Part shown: positions 12,387-25,515 of the stretch, piece after piece | Layout: each line of letters opens with the position of its first letter | How positions within the stretch are numbered: position 1 is the first letter of the stretch | Source of the DNA: Gracilinanus agilis | Taxonomy: Eukaryota | Reading direction: 5' to 3' | Assembly (NCBI RefSeq): GCF_016433145.1 | Contig: NC_058130.1 | Coordinates: forward strand, 421,260,006 to 421,324,005 | Length of the DNA stretch: 64,000 bases | The notes under the pieces: model-generated | The model's database searches: none | Seen by the model: only the letters and a program-made list of their open reading frames with translations | Told to the model about the DNA's origin: nothing | Position numbers and translations under genes: made by a program

Positions 12387-12635
12387 AATTTGTAAAAGCA
12401 CCTACTATGTGCCACTTTGCTAAGACCTTTATAAATATTACCTCATTTGATCCTCAAAACAACTGTAGGGATAAGTGCTATTGTTATTATTTCTTCAACT
12501 ACAAATAATTGAGGAAACTGAGGTTAAGTGACTCAAAGTCACACAGTTTGTAGATATGTAAAGCTTTATTTGAATTCAAATCTTCCTGTCTTTGGGCCCA
12601 TAGCTCTCTCTAACATATTACCTAGCTACCTAGTT
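12387..12635 (-). mobile_element. MIR (marsupial) SINE
   Basis: aagcacctactatgtgcc...tgaggaaactgaggttaagtgactc...atttgaattcaaatcttcctg. Confidence 0.8.
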
Positions 12636-12744
12636 TGCTTCACTCACTTTGAATCACAACTCATTCAAGATATTTCTTTAAGAGTTTGAATATTATAGAT
12701 TCCACACCCTTTGGCTTCTGATAGTCCAACTTAATGCATAAGTA

Positions 12745-12977
12745 TTGTTGAACTGTTTCAGTCATATCCAACTCTCTGTGACCCTTTTTGGGGGTTTTCT
12801 TGGCAAAGATAATAGAATCGTTTGCCATTTTCTTCTCAAGTGCATTTTAGAGGTGTGGAAACTGAGGCAAACAGGGTTAAGTGACTTGCCCAGGATCACA
12901 CAGCTACTAAGTATCTGAGGCCACATCTGAACTCGGATCTTCCTTACTTCTGGCTTGGTGTACCACCTAGCTCCCCC
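12745..12977 (-). mobile_element. MAR1-type SINE
   Basis: ttcagtcatatccaactct...ggttttcttggcaaagata...aactgaggcaaacagggttaagtgacttgcccagg. Confidence 0.85.
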
Positions 12978-13039
12978 AATGCAAAACCTGATCTTGGCAA
13001 ATCTAGGATGAATGGATAATTTCCCAATTAGTGAATTCC

Positions 13040-15760
13040 TGTATGACAACCAGAGGTCACTTAAACTCCTTTGGCTTCTGTTTCCTCATCTGTAGAAGGA
13101 GAGGGTTCACCTAGATGATATCTACGGTTCCTCCTAGCACTAGATCTTTGACATGTAATACTAAGAGGACAATTAAATTTGAACTATAAATACAGCTGGA
13201 CCACAGTCATCTGTAAAATGAGAGGGCTGGGCTTGGGCTGGGCTAGATGACTGCTAAAATCATTTCCATCTCTAAAATCCTATGATGCTAAGATTCCATA
13301 AAAGTAGGACAAACTAGTACATACATGTATTGGGTCATAAAGACCAATGAAATAAGGCTTGAAAAGGTAGGAGAATTATGATCAAAGGGAGGCATAGTTA
13401 TGAAAGGGATACTGTGTCTGTCCTATCTTTTCATTCTTATTCAAACAGGGGACCAACAAACCAGAGGAACAAAGTTATATTCAACATAAGTATGATTTTT
13501 ATATTAATTTTTTAACATTCAAAAACATAACTAGTAATGTTGGTCAGTCATCCCAGAGGAAAAAGAAGCAGATTTATGAGCACAGTAGATTCCCCTCCAC
13601 CCAAAAGAATATAAGAGCTTGTCCATTTCAGAATAGATGCATGAATCAACACATTGGCATCATGAATGGGAATTGGAAAGAAGCCAAAGAAAAAGGGACG
13701 AGATAAGTGGCATCCTTTTCAGAACTCATCACTCTAGTCAGAATGCTTCATCATATTCACAAAACTATATTAGTGGGTCAGATTAATCAGCAAATAGTAA
13801 TGTAAGAATGGAGGGGGGATATTAATTTACAAATGCCACAGATAGAAGATTCCTATCAAGGAGAGTCATTTTGGACATTATGGGGGGGGGGGGGCAGGGA
13901 AAGCCCTAAATCATCATCCTCCATACAGGAAGGATTCACAATCACTGACAGATAAAAGGAATCCATCCCTGGAAGAAATGCATATCACAGTGACTGATCC
14001 TTCTTCAATAAAAAGATATAAATGAAGTTGTGAACAAATTTGGAATAAATCTGAATGTAATGATTGGGAGGCATAGAAAGTCAAGAATCTGAAGTCGATG
14101 TTGCCAACATTCCCATGAATATTTGGGAGGGTAAGACATATACAAGAACATCAAACTACAGGGAAAGCTTGACTTTGTTGGAGATGTAATTTGGTGTAGT
14201 GCAAAGAACAATGAAATAAATGGAAGTGAGGAGATTTATGTTTTGGTCCTGGCTCTTCCACAAACTTGTTGTGACCTGGAATAAATCACTTCATTTCCCT
14301 GAGCCTCAATAGGGGGGTTGTATTAGATCAACATTTCTGTGACCACAGTCTATGACTTCTTTTTTGCTTTGTTTTTGTAAAACACTTTATTACCTTTAAG
14401 TCTCCTTTTAAAAACTATATATTGTATCATATATATTTTATAAAATAATGAATAAAAAATTTATAAATAATAATTTTGTAAAATCATTATTCAGAGAGGT
14501 CCATAGGCTTTACCAAATTGTCAAATGGGTCCAACAACACAAAAAAGAGAAACAAATTATATAATTGGAACAATTGTGTGAAAAATCTCTAGAGACTGAA
14601 GTTTAGAGTAGGAAAGTGAAAAGCTTGGAGACACAAATGGTGTTTTGTTTTGTTTTAATCTTTTCTGCCTTTTGATGACTGAAACTATGAAAGACAAAGA
14701 AGGTTGCAGGAAGTGAGTATCTCTGTAGGAAAATGGTGCTGAAGAGATAGATTTGTTTTCTGTGGGTATTGCCACAGTCCTAGCAAAGAATAATGCCCTT
14801 CAGAGACTAAAAAGGAAGAATTTAATGGACTTGCACATCTGATCAGGAGGGTTTTACACCAGATTTTAAGGAAGAATAAGAAAACAAGAGACCTAGATAA
14901 AACTATAGAGCTGACTTTTATAAAGGATACTATATGATGTATAGTAAAAAGGAACATTATCAGAGAAGCAGTACCAAATAACTTGTTGTGAAGAGGAGGG
15001 AAAAAATAATATGAGATCTGTTGTCCAGAGGCCTCAATTCAAATGTTGGCATGGCTATTTACTACCTGCATAATCTTGGGCAAGTGATTTCACCTCCCAA
15101 GGCCTCGGTTTCCTCATCTATAAAACAAGACCATCTAACTAGATCTTTTTAGTGCTTTCCAACTATAAATCTATGATCCTTTGATCCAATAATATAGCAG
15201 GGTGTTTGTTAATCAGGGATAGAATTTAGAGCCTCAGAATTTTTTTGATCTATACACATAAAGAATGTCAGGTCACAAAGTACAAAATTAGGGTAATGAG
15301 AGTATTACAATATTGTAAAAACCAAGGGAGGAGATGTTAAGAAATGAGATTGGAGGGAAATTGTCAAAGGCTGCTGAGAGGTCAAAGAAAATGAGCTATA
15401 AAAAAGGCCACTGTGGCCTAAGGGAAAGAAATTTCATTATGGTAGCAGGGATGGAAAACAGATGACAAAGGACATAGGAGTTATTGGAGAATAAGCAAAC
15501 AAAGGTGAAGAGTTGAAGGCATCTCAAGGACCATGTCATCCAGCATAAAACTGATTCATGGTCTTGAAGGTGAATTAATGGAATAACTGCTAGACTTTGA
15601 ATTGGAATACCTGAGTTTGAAACACAATGAAGATGCTTACCACACAATCATGGATAAGTCATATAAAACATCAGCATCTCAATCTCTTCATCTCTAAAAC
15701 AGAGTCAATACCTGCCCTAATTATGTCACATTACTAATAAGTAATTTCCAGCCTCTTAAA
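13040..15760. mobile_element. Cluster of degenerate MIR3/MIR fragments (about 13040-13300, 14160-14340, 14960-15190, 15570-15760) and an L2 fragment (about 15300-15560)
   Basis: Repeated gtttcctcatctgtaaaatg / ctagatgat...ctaaatctatgatcct MIR3 motifs. Confidence 0.65.
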
Positions 15761-15844
15761 ATGCTCTAAGAACAGGCTGCTTGCCCTTCTTGGGACCATT
15801 CCTGCCTAAAACATGCCCAGAACTGAATAAAATAATTTAGACAT

Positions 15845-16420
15845 AGTGTGACCAAGTCAGAGTGCACCAGAACTACCACTTCCTATATTCTAGACACTGT
15901 GCCTCTTTTGATGCAGCCTACACCTAAAACAACATTAACTCTTTTGGTTTTCATGTCAGGATATAGACCACACGGGGCTTGCTTTCCACTGACCTTGAGG
16001 TCTTTTTCAGGAGAACATCTATTTAGCCCCACCTTACCTGTCTTGTACTAGTGAAGCATTTTTATTTTTTTTCACCAGGAGGAACTACGTATTTATCTCA
16101 ATTAAATTTCATATTATTAGACCTAACCAAAATTTAAGTTTAAGAAGATCTTTGTTTCCTTCTCCTAAAAAAAGCAAAAAAATTACTCTACTTCTGGACT
16201 TCATGTAGTCTTCAAGTTAGATTAAATATACCATCTAATCATTTATCTAAATTGTTAATAAAAATGTTTAATACCACAGATCTACTCCTGAAGATGATCC
16301 ATTAATGACCAAATTAATCTCTCACCATCCAACTAGTTGTGATTCCACCCAATGGAATTAGTATTACTAATGGAATACTATTATCTAGCCCATATTACTC
16401 TCTCTCTTCTATTAGAATAG
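15845..16420 (-). mobile_element. CR1/L3 LINE fragment
   Basis: Reverse-strand counterpart of the L3 RT region seen at 29170-30050 (ctttgatgcagcc, ttaaatttcatattattag). Confidence 0.7.
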
Positions 16421-16829
16421 CAGAGCTCTTTAACAAGGTTTGCCTGAAAATTCAGCAGTAGCTAGAGGATCAGAATTGTCAAATAAAGGATTGGTTAGTT
16501 GTTGTTTTGGCCCAGTACAAAAAGAAGGCAGAAGAGGTTCATGTTTAATGTCAAATAGAAAGGGGCTTTTAAATAAAGGGAGTTATTGACACGTCATGCC
16601 CATCTGAGACCACAATGACTCAGAGGACACAGTGCTATCCCCTAGGTCAGACTTTGAGAATTCCAAGAACAGAAAATGATGAGCAAACATTCATATAATA
16701 TTGTTGTAAGATTGTAAAGGAACCTCCCCTACTCCAGGTTAAAAGTACCCAAAAAAACTTTGAGACACCACATTAAAAAGAAATACTTGCCAGCAAATTT
16801 GTATCAGTGCCCAAAATGCACCAGGCTGT

Positions 16830-17600
16830 CCAATTCAATTCAAATAACATTTTTTAAGTGAGCTACTCTAGCTGTCCAGTTTGGCCAGGACAGAAAATAT
16901 ATAAAAAAGAGCAATATGAAGTGATATTGAAAAGGCAAATTGGAGCCAGCCTTGGGAGGGGTTTAATGTTAGGCTAAAGATTTGTACTTTCTTCTTTTCA
17001 TTAGAAAACCACTCTAAGTTTTTAATAGGGCAATCATGTAACAAGTTCAAGGCAGTGTCGGACATGGCATTCATGAAGGGTAACTGAGACACAGAGACTG
17101 GACTGTGTATGGAACACATAGCTGGTAATTGGAGGTCTTGAGTACACACGGGAATCAGATAGATACCTATACATAAAGTCCTGGAAGACTTGGGAGGAGC
17201 CATAGAATCTATACTAAGAGGAAGGAGAGGGAACACCTGAGTATAGATTATTAGGAATTAATGAGAAACAAAGAAGGAAACAGCCAGCCACATTGATTGT
17301 CTGAAAATCGTCACACCAAGATAATTTCTTACTAATGTTTATTATAACAAGAGCCCGAAGCTCTACAAAGAGGGTGAGCCATGACCACAGTCTCTCACTA
17401 AAGTGCTAGATATTTGCTAGTTGTCCTACCTTTGGATTAGAGTGATTTGAATGAGACTTTAAGGGGAACTTAAGGCTCTAGTATAAAAACATTGTTTAAC
17501 TTATCAATCAACAAGAATTTATTGAAACCCTACTATGCCCCTGGGCACTCCGCTTGAGGGGGTATACACAGACAAACCTGCCCCTAAAGTCTAACCAGGG
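16830..17600 (-). mobile_element. L2 fragments
   Basis: caattcaattcaaataacatttttaagtg and tcaatcaacaagaatttattgaaaccctactatg are antisense L2 tails, with a purine-rich L2 body between them. Confidence 0.6.
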
Positions 17601-18379
17601 GAGACAATTGAATTGTGGTAGATCTTGAGTAGATAGCATACTATTTGGATAGCAGGAGGTATGACCGCCTAGTCTTTATATCATTGTCATCCTTCCTCCC
17701 CTCCATAGTCTGATTCCCCAAAGAAGTGTACAAGATGGAAGCCTAGGGTTCTAACAATAAGCAAAGCCCCCTCCCTGGACAAAAATTCCAGTTGTTGCTT
17801 TTTTCCTGGCTTCATCATCTTCTTGGATACTATGGTCCTTCTTTGAACTATCAAATACCATGCCACTATCTACCCAACTTTGGCTAGGATTCACCTACTC
17901 CTCTGCCCAGTCCTGATCCCAATCTGTATTCACCCTTCTTTGGAAAGTCTTACCCTGGTTCTCATCTGTTACAAAAGATACATAAGGCCAAATATCCATT
18001 CAAATTTTATCATCTCAACACCTTAATTCACCTGACTAGGTTTTTGTCCCAACCCATGAGCTAAAATCCCCTTCTCCAATACCTGCTAAGTGACATTCTT
18101 ACTTCCTAACAATATCCATTCACAAAACCATATTGCCCAACTCCATCCAGATAGAGAGAGCCTCTAGGATGCAACTCAATATAATTTCATCAAAGGATCA
18201 CAGAATCAAAACTAAAAGGGATTTGGGAAATTCCAGATCCAACCACATCATTTTATGATGAAGAAACTGAACTCAAAAATAAGTTATTTGACCAAAGCTC
18301 AATAAGTGTCAAAGAGAGTATTTGAACCTCAGTGTAGTATTGTCAAGTCCACACTATATTAATATGAATTTATACATTT

Positions 18380-18800
18380 CACCCCCCAATATAGTCTGTG
18401 ATCCAATGACACTGGCCTCCTTGCTATTCCTCAAATAAAACACTCCATCTCCTGACTCCAGGCATTTTCATTGGCTGTCCCCCATACCGGGAAGGCTCTC
18501 CCTCCTCAACTCAGCCTCCTTACTTCCCTGGTTCCCTAAAGGCAAAAAGCTGAAATCCCACCTTATACAAGAAGCCTTTCCTAATCACCTTTTATTTTTA
18601 GTGCCTTCCTTTGGCTGATTGCTTTCCATCTACCCTATATTTGGCTTCTCTGTGTATAGTTCTTTGCATGTTTTCTCCCTCTCTGCTATTCAATTGTGAG
18701 TGCTTGAGAGGAAGGACTGACTGTTGCTGTTCTTTGTAGCTCCATTACTTACCACAATGCCTTGACCAAAGTAGGTGTTTAATAAATGTTACTGACTTAC
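18380..18800 (+). mobile_element. L2 3' fragment
   Basis: gtgatccaatgacactggcctccttgctattcct...agtaggtgtttaataaatgttactgact. Confidence 0.8.
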
Positions 18801-20049
18801 TGTTCTAGGGAAACTATGAGGCAAGAGAATTGCCTCAAAGGACCTGAGACCAGAACACCACAAATACTATCATTTTGTCATTATGCATTTTCTCAGACAC
18901 TGAATACTAGTAGTACAATTACTATCAGGTATTGTTTTGGATTTAATATCCATTAAATAAATTAAGGAAAGTCTATCAAACACAACTGAAAAAGTTTGGG
19001 AAACACTACTCGAGAACAAGGGTGTCAAATTCACATTGCAAAATTACTCCTAATCTATTTGCTGGGTCATGTAAATCCTGATTATCTTCTGGAGAGGGAT
19101 TATATATAAAGACAAAAATTCAAGAGTTCCTGCCTTCAAGGAGCTCACATTCAATCAAAAAGAAAACAAACAGAAATCCATACAAAGTTTACACAAGAGA
19201 GTCTGGTGGGGAGCCCCAGCAAAATCAATATCAGTTTCCAATTACCATTATACTTTATTTGGGGTTTCTTAATAATGGCAGATTAATAATTTCAATTTTT
19301 AGAAATTTGTTTAGTGTTTCAACCCCCAGGGGTCTCTCACTACCTCATCAAAGTCCCTTAAACCAGCCACTCTCAACTGATCATTGTAGCAAGTCTGGCT
19401 TTGTTTGCAGCAGCACAGAAAAAGTTGCTCTTCTAGTTTTAGATAAATAACCACAAATGGGTGGAGGCTAAAAATGGGGAAATTCTTCCACAGTTTTCTA
19501 TTACAATATAGTCAGTCTACAATTCACAAAAGAATTGTACTCCAAAAGTCACTTTATAGTCAGCTCCATATTCAAAAAATAAGTTTCCTGTGGAAATAAT
19601 GTTATAAATGCTAATTAGATTGCGAAGCTTGTCCACAACTGTCTATTTAACTCAGGATTTACCAGTACCAGTCTGAATTTTGTGTGCTTGGAATAATAAA
19701 GCCATGTTAATACAGACGCAATAAGGAGATGGAGTTTATTCCCCCTTTCCAGTTTGGGGGTCATCTTTAGCCAAAGTTACTCTTTTGCCACTCCTACATT
19801 TCTTTTGAAACCCTTCTCCAATCTCTTACCTAAAATTCTTTCAAACTTAAATCTACAATTCTATGGCCCTAGTGTATCTTTCCCTAGGGTCCTAGGACCC
19901 TCACAAGTAATCCTAGTCCCTAACTTGACTAACCCACAGAGGCCTGCCCTCCCTTCCCCCCAGAATATTTCCTATGCAAAAGTACTCACAGCCTCTTCCT
20001 TCTCAATTAAGATAAGCAAACTTTTCTCTCTAGGGGGCTAATACAATGC

Positions 20050-20535
20050 CTTCTGTTTAGCTCAGAAAGCCCTTATAGCCTGGCCCTTTCATACCTTTCC
20101 AGGCTTATTCCACTCTTTCCCATATACTCTTTGAACCAGTGACGCTGGCCTCCTTGCTATTCCTTGATTGATTTCTTGGCACCTAATGTTTTTACCAGCT
20201 GCTCCAGGCACCAAACATTCTCCCTCTTCATTTTCTTCTCCTTCCAGGCTTTCCTGGCTTCCTCCAAGTCCCAGCTAAAGTCTTACCTTCTGAAAGAAGT
20301 CTTTCTGGATTCGCCTTAATATTAATGCCCTCCTCTGTTCTTTATCTACAATTAATCCAGTATATATCTTGTGTTAACACAAGTATTTGTATGTTGTCCC
20401 ACTCCCCCCTCCTTCAACAATTATGTGTTTGAGAACATGGACTGCCTTTTGCCTTTCACTATATTTATCCCCAGGATCTAGCCCAGTGCCTAGCACAGAG
20501 CAGACACTTAGTAAGTACTTGTTGACTGACTACCC
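20050..20535 (+). mobile_element. L2 3' fragment
   Basis: ccagtgacgctggcctccttgctattcc...cagacacttagtaagtacttgttgactgact. Confidence 0.8.
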
Positions 20536-20687
20536 TGCCCATAGGACTACTTAATAAATATTTGTCAAATGAATGAATATTCCCATTACCTCAGATTATC
20601 TACTTAAGATTTTAGAAGAAAAGCAACTAAATGATCCTCTTTCAGGTTAATGTGTGAATAATTGCTGGCCTAAATCCCTCTGGGGTA

Positions 20688-20860
20688 GAGCTTCTTAAAC
20701 TGGGGTCATTGAACTTTTTATTTTAAATAACAGAACTGATTTCCTTCAAAATCTTATTTTATTTTATGCTTTCAAAACCATTATTTTGAGAATGCCTCCA
20801 CAAGCTTCATCAGACTGCCACAGGGATTCAAGATACACAAATGGTTATGGGTCTCTGTTT
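20688..20860. mobile_element. Ancient hAT-Charlie-like MITE remnant; related copies at about 14340-14545, 30075-30260 and 34625-34720
   Basis: All four loci share the motif attattctgagaaggggtccataggcttcaccagactgcc...ggttaagaac. This copy begins agagcttcttaaactgggg. Confidence 0.55.
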
Positions 20861-21886
20861 TAGAGAAATAATCTCCTTGGAGAAAACTGCAAATGTTGTG
20901 GGATTGTTGTAAAGAAAGCCCACAAACATTATAGAAATATCAGCTATCATGGTTAATGTTTAAAAGAGGGTGTCGTCTCATCCAAATTTAGCTTTAATTG
21001 GTGGGATTAAGACAGTGAGTGAAAAAGTCAGATGATATTTAAGGAAGATATTTGGGAAGGGGCATGTAAAGGCAAGCTGACCCTACCTAGGGGCATACTC
21101 CTAGTGTCCGTGCCCCTGGGCTAGCCTTTGCATCATTCCTTTATCCACTTCTAAATCCAAAAATTCTCTTAAAATTCTTGAGTTTTTTGTTTCATTTTTT
21201 TTTTTTTGTTTTACAGCAGTTCCCTTGATGATTCTCTTAGCAACTGTGGGGCAGAGGAGGAAAAGGGTCAGCTTTCTATAGGTGTGGCCCATTTATAAAT
21301 AAGAGACTACTTATTTTCTATAAATAGTATTCTCTACAAGGAAAACTAAATGTATTTTGCTACTATAATTTTTACATTTGCAAAGTAATGGGGGGTCCTC
21401 TGAAAATCCCCTCAAAATTATTCATGTACTATTCAAATGGCACAAGGGCATGCCAACTTAAAACTAGGAGTAGAAATCCTGTAACCATGGCAACGAGGTG
21501 CTTTAGAATGCTTCTCACTTTGCTCTATTTGTACTTCAACAGCAAAAAGATGATCCATTTTCATTCTATCACTTGGGGAATACCGGGTATTTTAAAGGAT
21601 AAAAATCTGACCTCCATTTAAAAAAAATTTAATTTTAGTATATGTACTGCTAAAGCAAGCACTGAAAAAAAAATATTTAAAAGGATATTTTTTTACTTAG
21701 TAAATTTACTGATAGAAATCCACTAAGAAATTCTGGCCTGTGTTGATTATTTGTAAGATCCAGATAAGTTACCAGAAATCACTTTATCCATATCACTCCA
21801 AAAAGGCAGCTGAAAAACATGTTTAAATTTCATCTTTTGAAGGATCAGGCTCAGATTTATTTAAGAAGTTTCAGGAGTAGTAGCAG

Positions 21887-21890
<4 letters not shown>

Positions 21891-21922
<32 letters not shown>
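21891..21922. repeat. (CA)16 microsatellite
   Basis: Read directly from the sequence. Confidence 0.97.
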
Positions 21923-21923
<1 letters not shown>

Positions 21924-22214
21924 TTTAGCATATAGTCATGTATCCTCAGAAGCATCTATACTCTCCTTTTTGAGTTTGCCACTTGATGAAAGAGGGCTGC
22001 TCAATATTCTGAAAATTTACGTATATATTTGTATATGTATACATGCTTGTCCATACATATTTTTCATAACTATACTTAGTAGAGACCCTAACATTAACAA
22101 AATTGTCCACTTATTTTTAAAATCTGTCTAAATGCAAGTTTCTTGTGGCTTCCAGGTTATTTGGTTTTAGGCAGAAGGCTAATCATTTCCAGCTGTTTTA
22201 ATAGGAATGCTCTG

Positions 22215-22620
22215 GCCAAGAAAGACCTTGCCCTATCAGATGTCTCTAATGCATGAATATCCTTCGAGGCTGCCATGGACACTGAGATTACTCTTCCAAC
22301 AAGATGCCCATAAAGTCACATGCCACAAATGCAACCTAGTTGGTATGTATGAAAGCCTGTTCCGGGCAAATGATTGCAGAATAGAATAGGTAATGATTAG
22401 CTCTTTATTATCAGTGTCTATTTTCCAGGGCATTCCGTTCACCCACACAGGCTGTCTATAGATATGATCACTTAAATTTATAGCCCATATTTGAGTTTCA
22501 TCCAGTTTAGGGTTGGGTTGGGTTTACAAATCTGGATGCACATGAATGATTGTGTTGATGGAAGCATCTCCATGGACAAACTTGTCACTTCCTCAAGGCA
22601 TCTGTCTCTATGCCTTGCAA
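22215..22620 (-). mobile_element. Ancient RTE-clade LINE, reverse-transcriptase C-terminal remnant
   Basis: The minus strand gives frameshifted peptides resembling LEEV-KF, TKLKIWAINLS and FHTYQLGCICG, similar to RTE motifs (TKIKVYRAVVLS, FHMRCLRSIL). Confidence 0.55.
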
Positions 22621-23084
22621 TTCAAATCCACAAATATTAAGCACTTAACTGTGTGACCAGAATGGTGTTAGGCTGCTCTCAAGGAACTCATCTAAATAAG
22701 GAGGTCATCAGACATTCGGGTCACTACCACCAATCCTGGCTAAGCAGGTCCAACATTAAACTGTAGAGACTATAGGGTAGAAGGTTCTTGGACAATGGTG
22801 ATTTAATGAGTCATCTGAATAACTAGAACTGTCCAGGGTCCATCCAAGTCAATGCTACAAACATCTGACAATCCGGAAGAGTAAAATCTTCAAGACAAAC
22901 TATCTGATCATCATGGAAGTAGAGGGTCAAACTATCAAGGGTTAGGACTTAGATGGAACTAGGAGTTCTAGAATTATTCTCTCTGGCTACTAAAGGAGGA
23001 TTGGGAACTGGGTCTGTTATTTCATATAGAAGACTCTTGAAAACACCTCCTCTACCAATGCAAATTAGCACCCTCTCTTTTAGA

Positions 23085-23217
23085 GAGAAGAAAGGATGGG
23101 AGGGAAGGGAAGGAATGAAGGGAAGGAAGGAAGGGAGGAAGGAAGGGAGGAAGGGAGGGAGGAAGGAAGGGACAAAGGAAGGAAGGTGAGAAGGAAGGAG
23201 GGAGGGAAGGCAGAAGA
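23085..23217. repeat. (GGAA/GGGA)n polypurine tract
   Basis: Read directly from the sequence; it runs into the gap. Confidence 0.95.
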
Positions 23218-23382
23218 NNNNNNNNNNNNNNNNNNNNNNNNNNNNNNNNNNNNNNNNNNNNNNNNNNNNNNNNNNNNNNNNNNNNNNNNNNNNNNNNNNN
23301 NNNNNNNNNNNNNNNNNNNNNNNNNNNNNNNNNNNNNNNNNNNNNNNNNNNNNNNNNNNNNNNNNNNNNNNNNNNNNNNNNN
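23218..23382. other. Assembly gap (165 N)
   Basis: Run of N. Confidence 0.99.
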
Positions 23383-24239
23383 CTCATCTAAGGCTGGATT
23401 TGACTCCAGCCCCAGTCTATCCACTGTGCCACCTACCTGCCTAGAGCCTTGAGAGTTTTCATGATTAGCCCAGGGTCACACAGTCAGTATTTATGGGAGG
23501 TAGGATTTGAAACCAGGACTTCCTGACTCTGTGAACAGCTGTCTAACCACTAGCCACATTGCCCATTCTTCTGTGAGTCAGTCACTGCCAGAGAAGTGAA
23601 AATGATGCAATTCATACATTGTATGCTGTCTTCTTTCACTCTACATCCAACATTTTTAGGCCACCAAATAAAGGCAAAAAAAAAATTTTAAGTCAATAGA
23701 ATCAGTAGTTTTTCATTGTTATAAAATTAATTCCCAAGTACAGAGTAGTTTTACCTCAGTTTGGCTATTATGAGCTACCCTTCCCTGGGATAAGCTGATC
23801 CCTGAGGGCCTCATCTTAGAGGAAAAAAAAAAGACTAGGCCCTGACACTTGCATTTCAGCCTTATATAAAGCCCAGGCTGCAGTAGCCACAGAACCTGAT
23901 CCATTCCAATACAAAGCTGGTGAATTCAAAATCAGGCCTAGTGACGACAATATGCCATGGTATGGACGAGAATTAAGAAAACAATTAATTCCTTTACCAG
24001 CTATTTAGTGATTCCCAATCATATGGTCATGTAGGGGTAAAAAAAGATTGCTATATTTAGAGTCAAAAATCTGTTTTTTATGCCAAGTCTTCTATTTATT
24101 ACCTACATGACCTCAAAGGGGGGGGTCACTTAACCTCTTAGGGCTTCAGTTTCCCCATCTGTAAAACAAGGAGATTGGAAGATATGGTCCTTTCCCTCTA
24201 AAATCTATAATCCTATGATCTATTTATGAAACTCTAAAT

Positions 24240-24583
24240 TAGTGATGTCAAACTCATAAAAACAGAGGCTGTGAATTCAAACAGAACGATCCCTGAGGGC
24301 GCATATTAACTTAGAAAACCACACTTTAATATTATCTATATTCTATTTTTTAAACCCTTACCTTCTGTCTTAGTATCTATTCTAAGACAGAAGAGCAACA
24401 AGAGCTAGGCAGTCAAGGTTAAGTGACTTGCCCAGGGTCACACAGCTAGGAAATGAGGCTATATATTTTATTGAATTTTTAATTATTTTGTTTTTAAATA
24501 TTCCCCAATTACATTTTAATATGGTTCAGGCCACACTCAGGAGTGTTGTGGATCACATGCAGGCCCCAGGTTTGACATTTCTG
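24240..24583. mobile_element. hAT MITE carrying a nested 5'-truncated SINE (about 24346-24460, minus strand)
   Basis: Ends are tagtgatgtcaaact and ggtttgacatttctg. The 8-bp TSD is ctctaaat (24232-24239) / ctctgaat (24584-24591). The internal antisense SINE reads aaacccttaccttctgtcttag...gggtcacacagctagg. Confidence 0.8.
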
Positions 24584-24849
24584 CTCTGAATGATGCAAAG
24601 ATAAATAAAAGACAATTTCTAGCCTCAAGAAACTTGTAATCTAGAGAAAAGGCTATCTGAGAGGCAGTAGGCATAGTGGATAGAGAGCTGTCCACCGAAT
24701 CAAGAAGTCCTGGGGTCTAGTCCTGTCTTTGACACACACACCAGCCCTGTGACCTTAAAGCAAATCACTTGATTTAGAATATCTCTGTAAATATCTTGTC
24801 AAAGACTTTTTCAAAATATTAATAAATCTTATGGACAAATTTTGTCTTC

Positions 24850-25515
24850 ACGGCAGTCACTTCAGAATATCCCTTCCATCAATCCACCCCACAAAATAAT
24901 GAATTTCCTAATAATAAAGAATATTTAAGCACAACCAACTGAACAAATAGCCATATCTGACTATATGTGCAACATTCTACACCCATAGACCCCTACCTCA
25001 CTGCCCAAAAGAAGATGTTTTCTCTTCTCTCCACATAGTCAAGATTTGTATACCGATTATTGAGCTTTGGCCTTGATTTTAAAGTTCTTCTTGCTTATAT
25101 TAGTGTAGCCTGTTTATATTGTTACTCTTGATTCTTCTTAAAGCATCTAAAATAAATTCATGTAAGTCAACAAGTATTTCTCTAATTCCTCATCTTTATC
25201 ATATCTTCCAGCCCAATATTCCATTGCTTTCATCTCAGTTTGTTCAGCCATTCCCAAAACAATGGACAATCGAGTTTTTTCCTTTCTTTCTTTCTTCCTT
25301 TCTTTCTCCTTCTCTCTCTGTTTCTTTCTTCATTTTTTTTGTTACCACAAGCCCTATTATGACTAGTTTAATATATATGGGGCTTTTCTGCTTCTGGTTT
25401 CCTTAGCATCCACCTCTATCTGGGTCAAAAGAATAGAAGGTATGAACAGGTTAGTGATTTTTCTTAAATAACTTCAAATCGTTTTCCAGAATAATAAGAC
25501 CAATTCATAGCTCTA
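24850..25515 (-). mobile_element. Old marsupial L1 3' fragment
   Basis: tttgttcagccattcccaaaacaatgg and gttttccagaataataagaccaattcatagctc. Confidence 0.7.

Noticed and set aside
21184-21219. Strong plus-strand 3' splice-site-like sequence (poly-T...ttacagcag)
   Set aside because: It is antisense to FHOD3, I found no matching donor or recognisable exon, and poly-T runs mimic acceptors frequently.
22953-23452. Four overlapping ORFs of 78-118 aa
   Set aside because: They translate a GGAA repeat and the N gap; they are artefacts.
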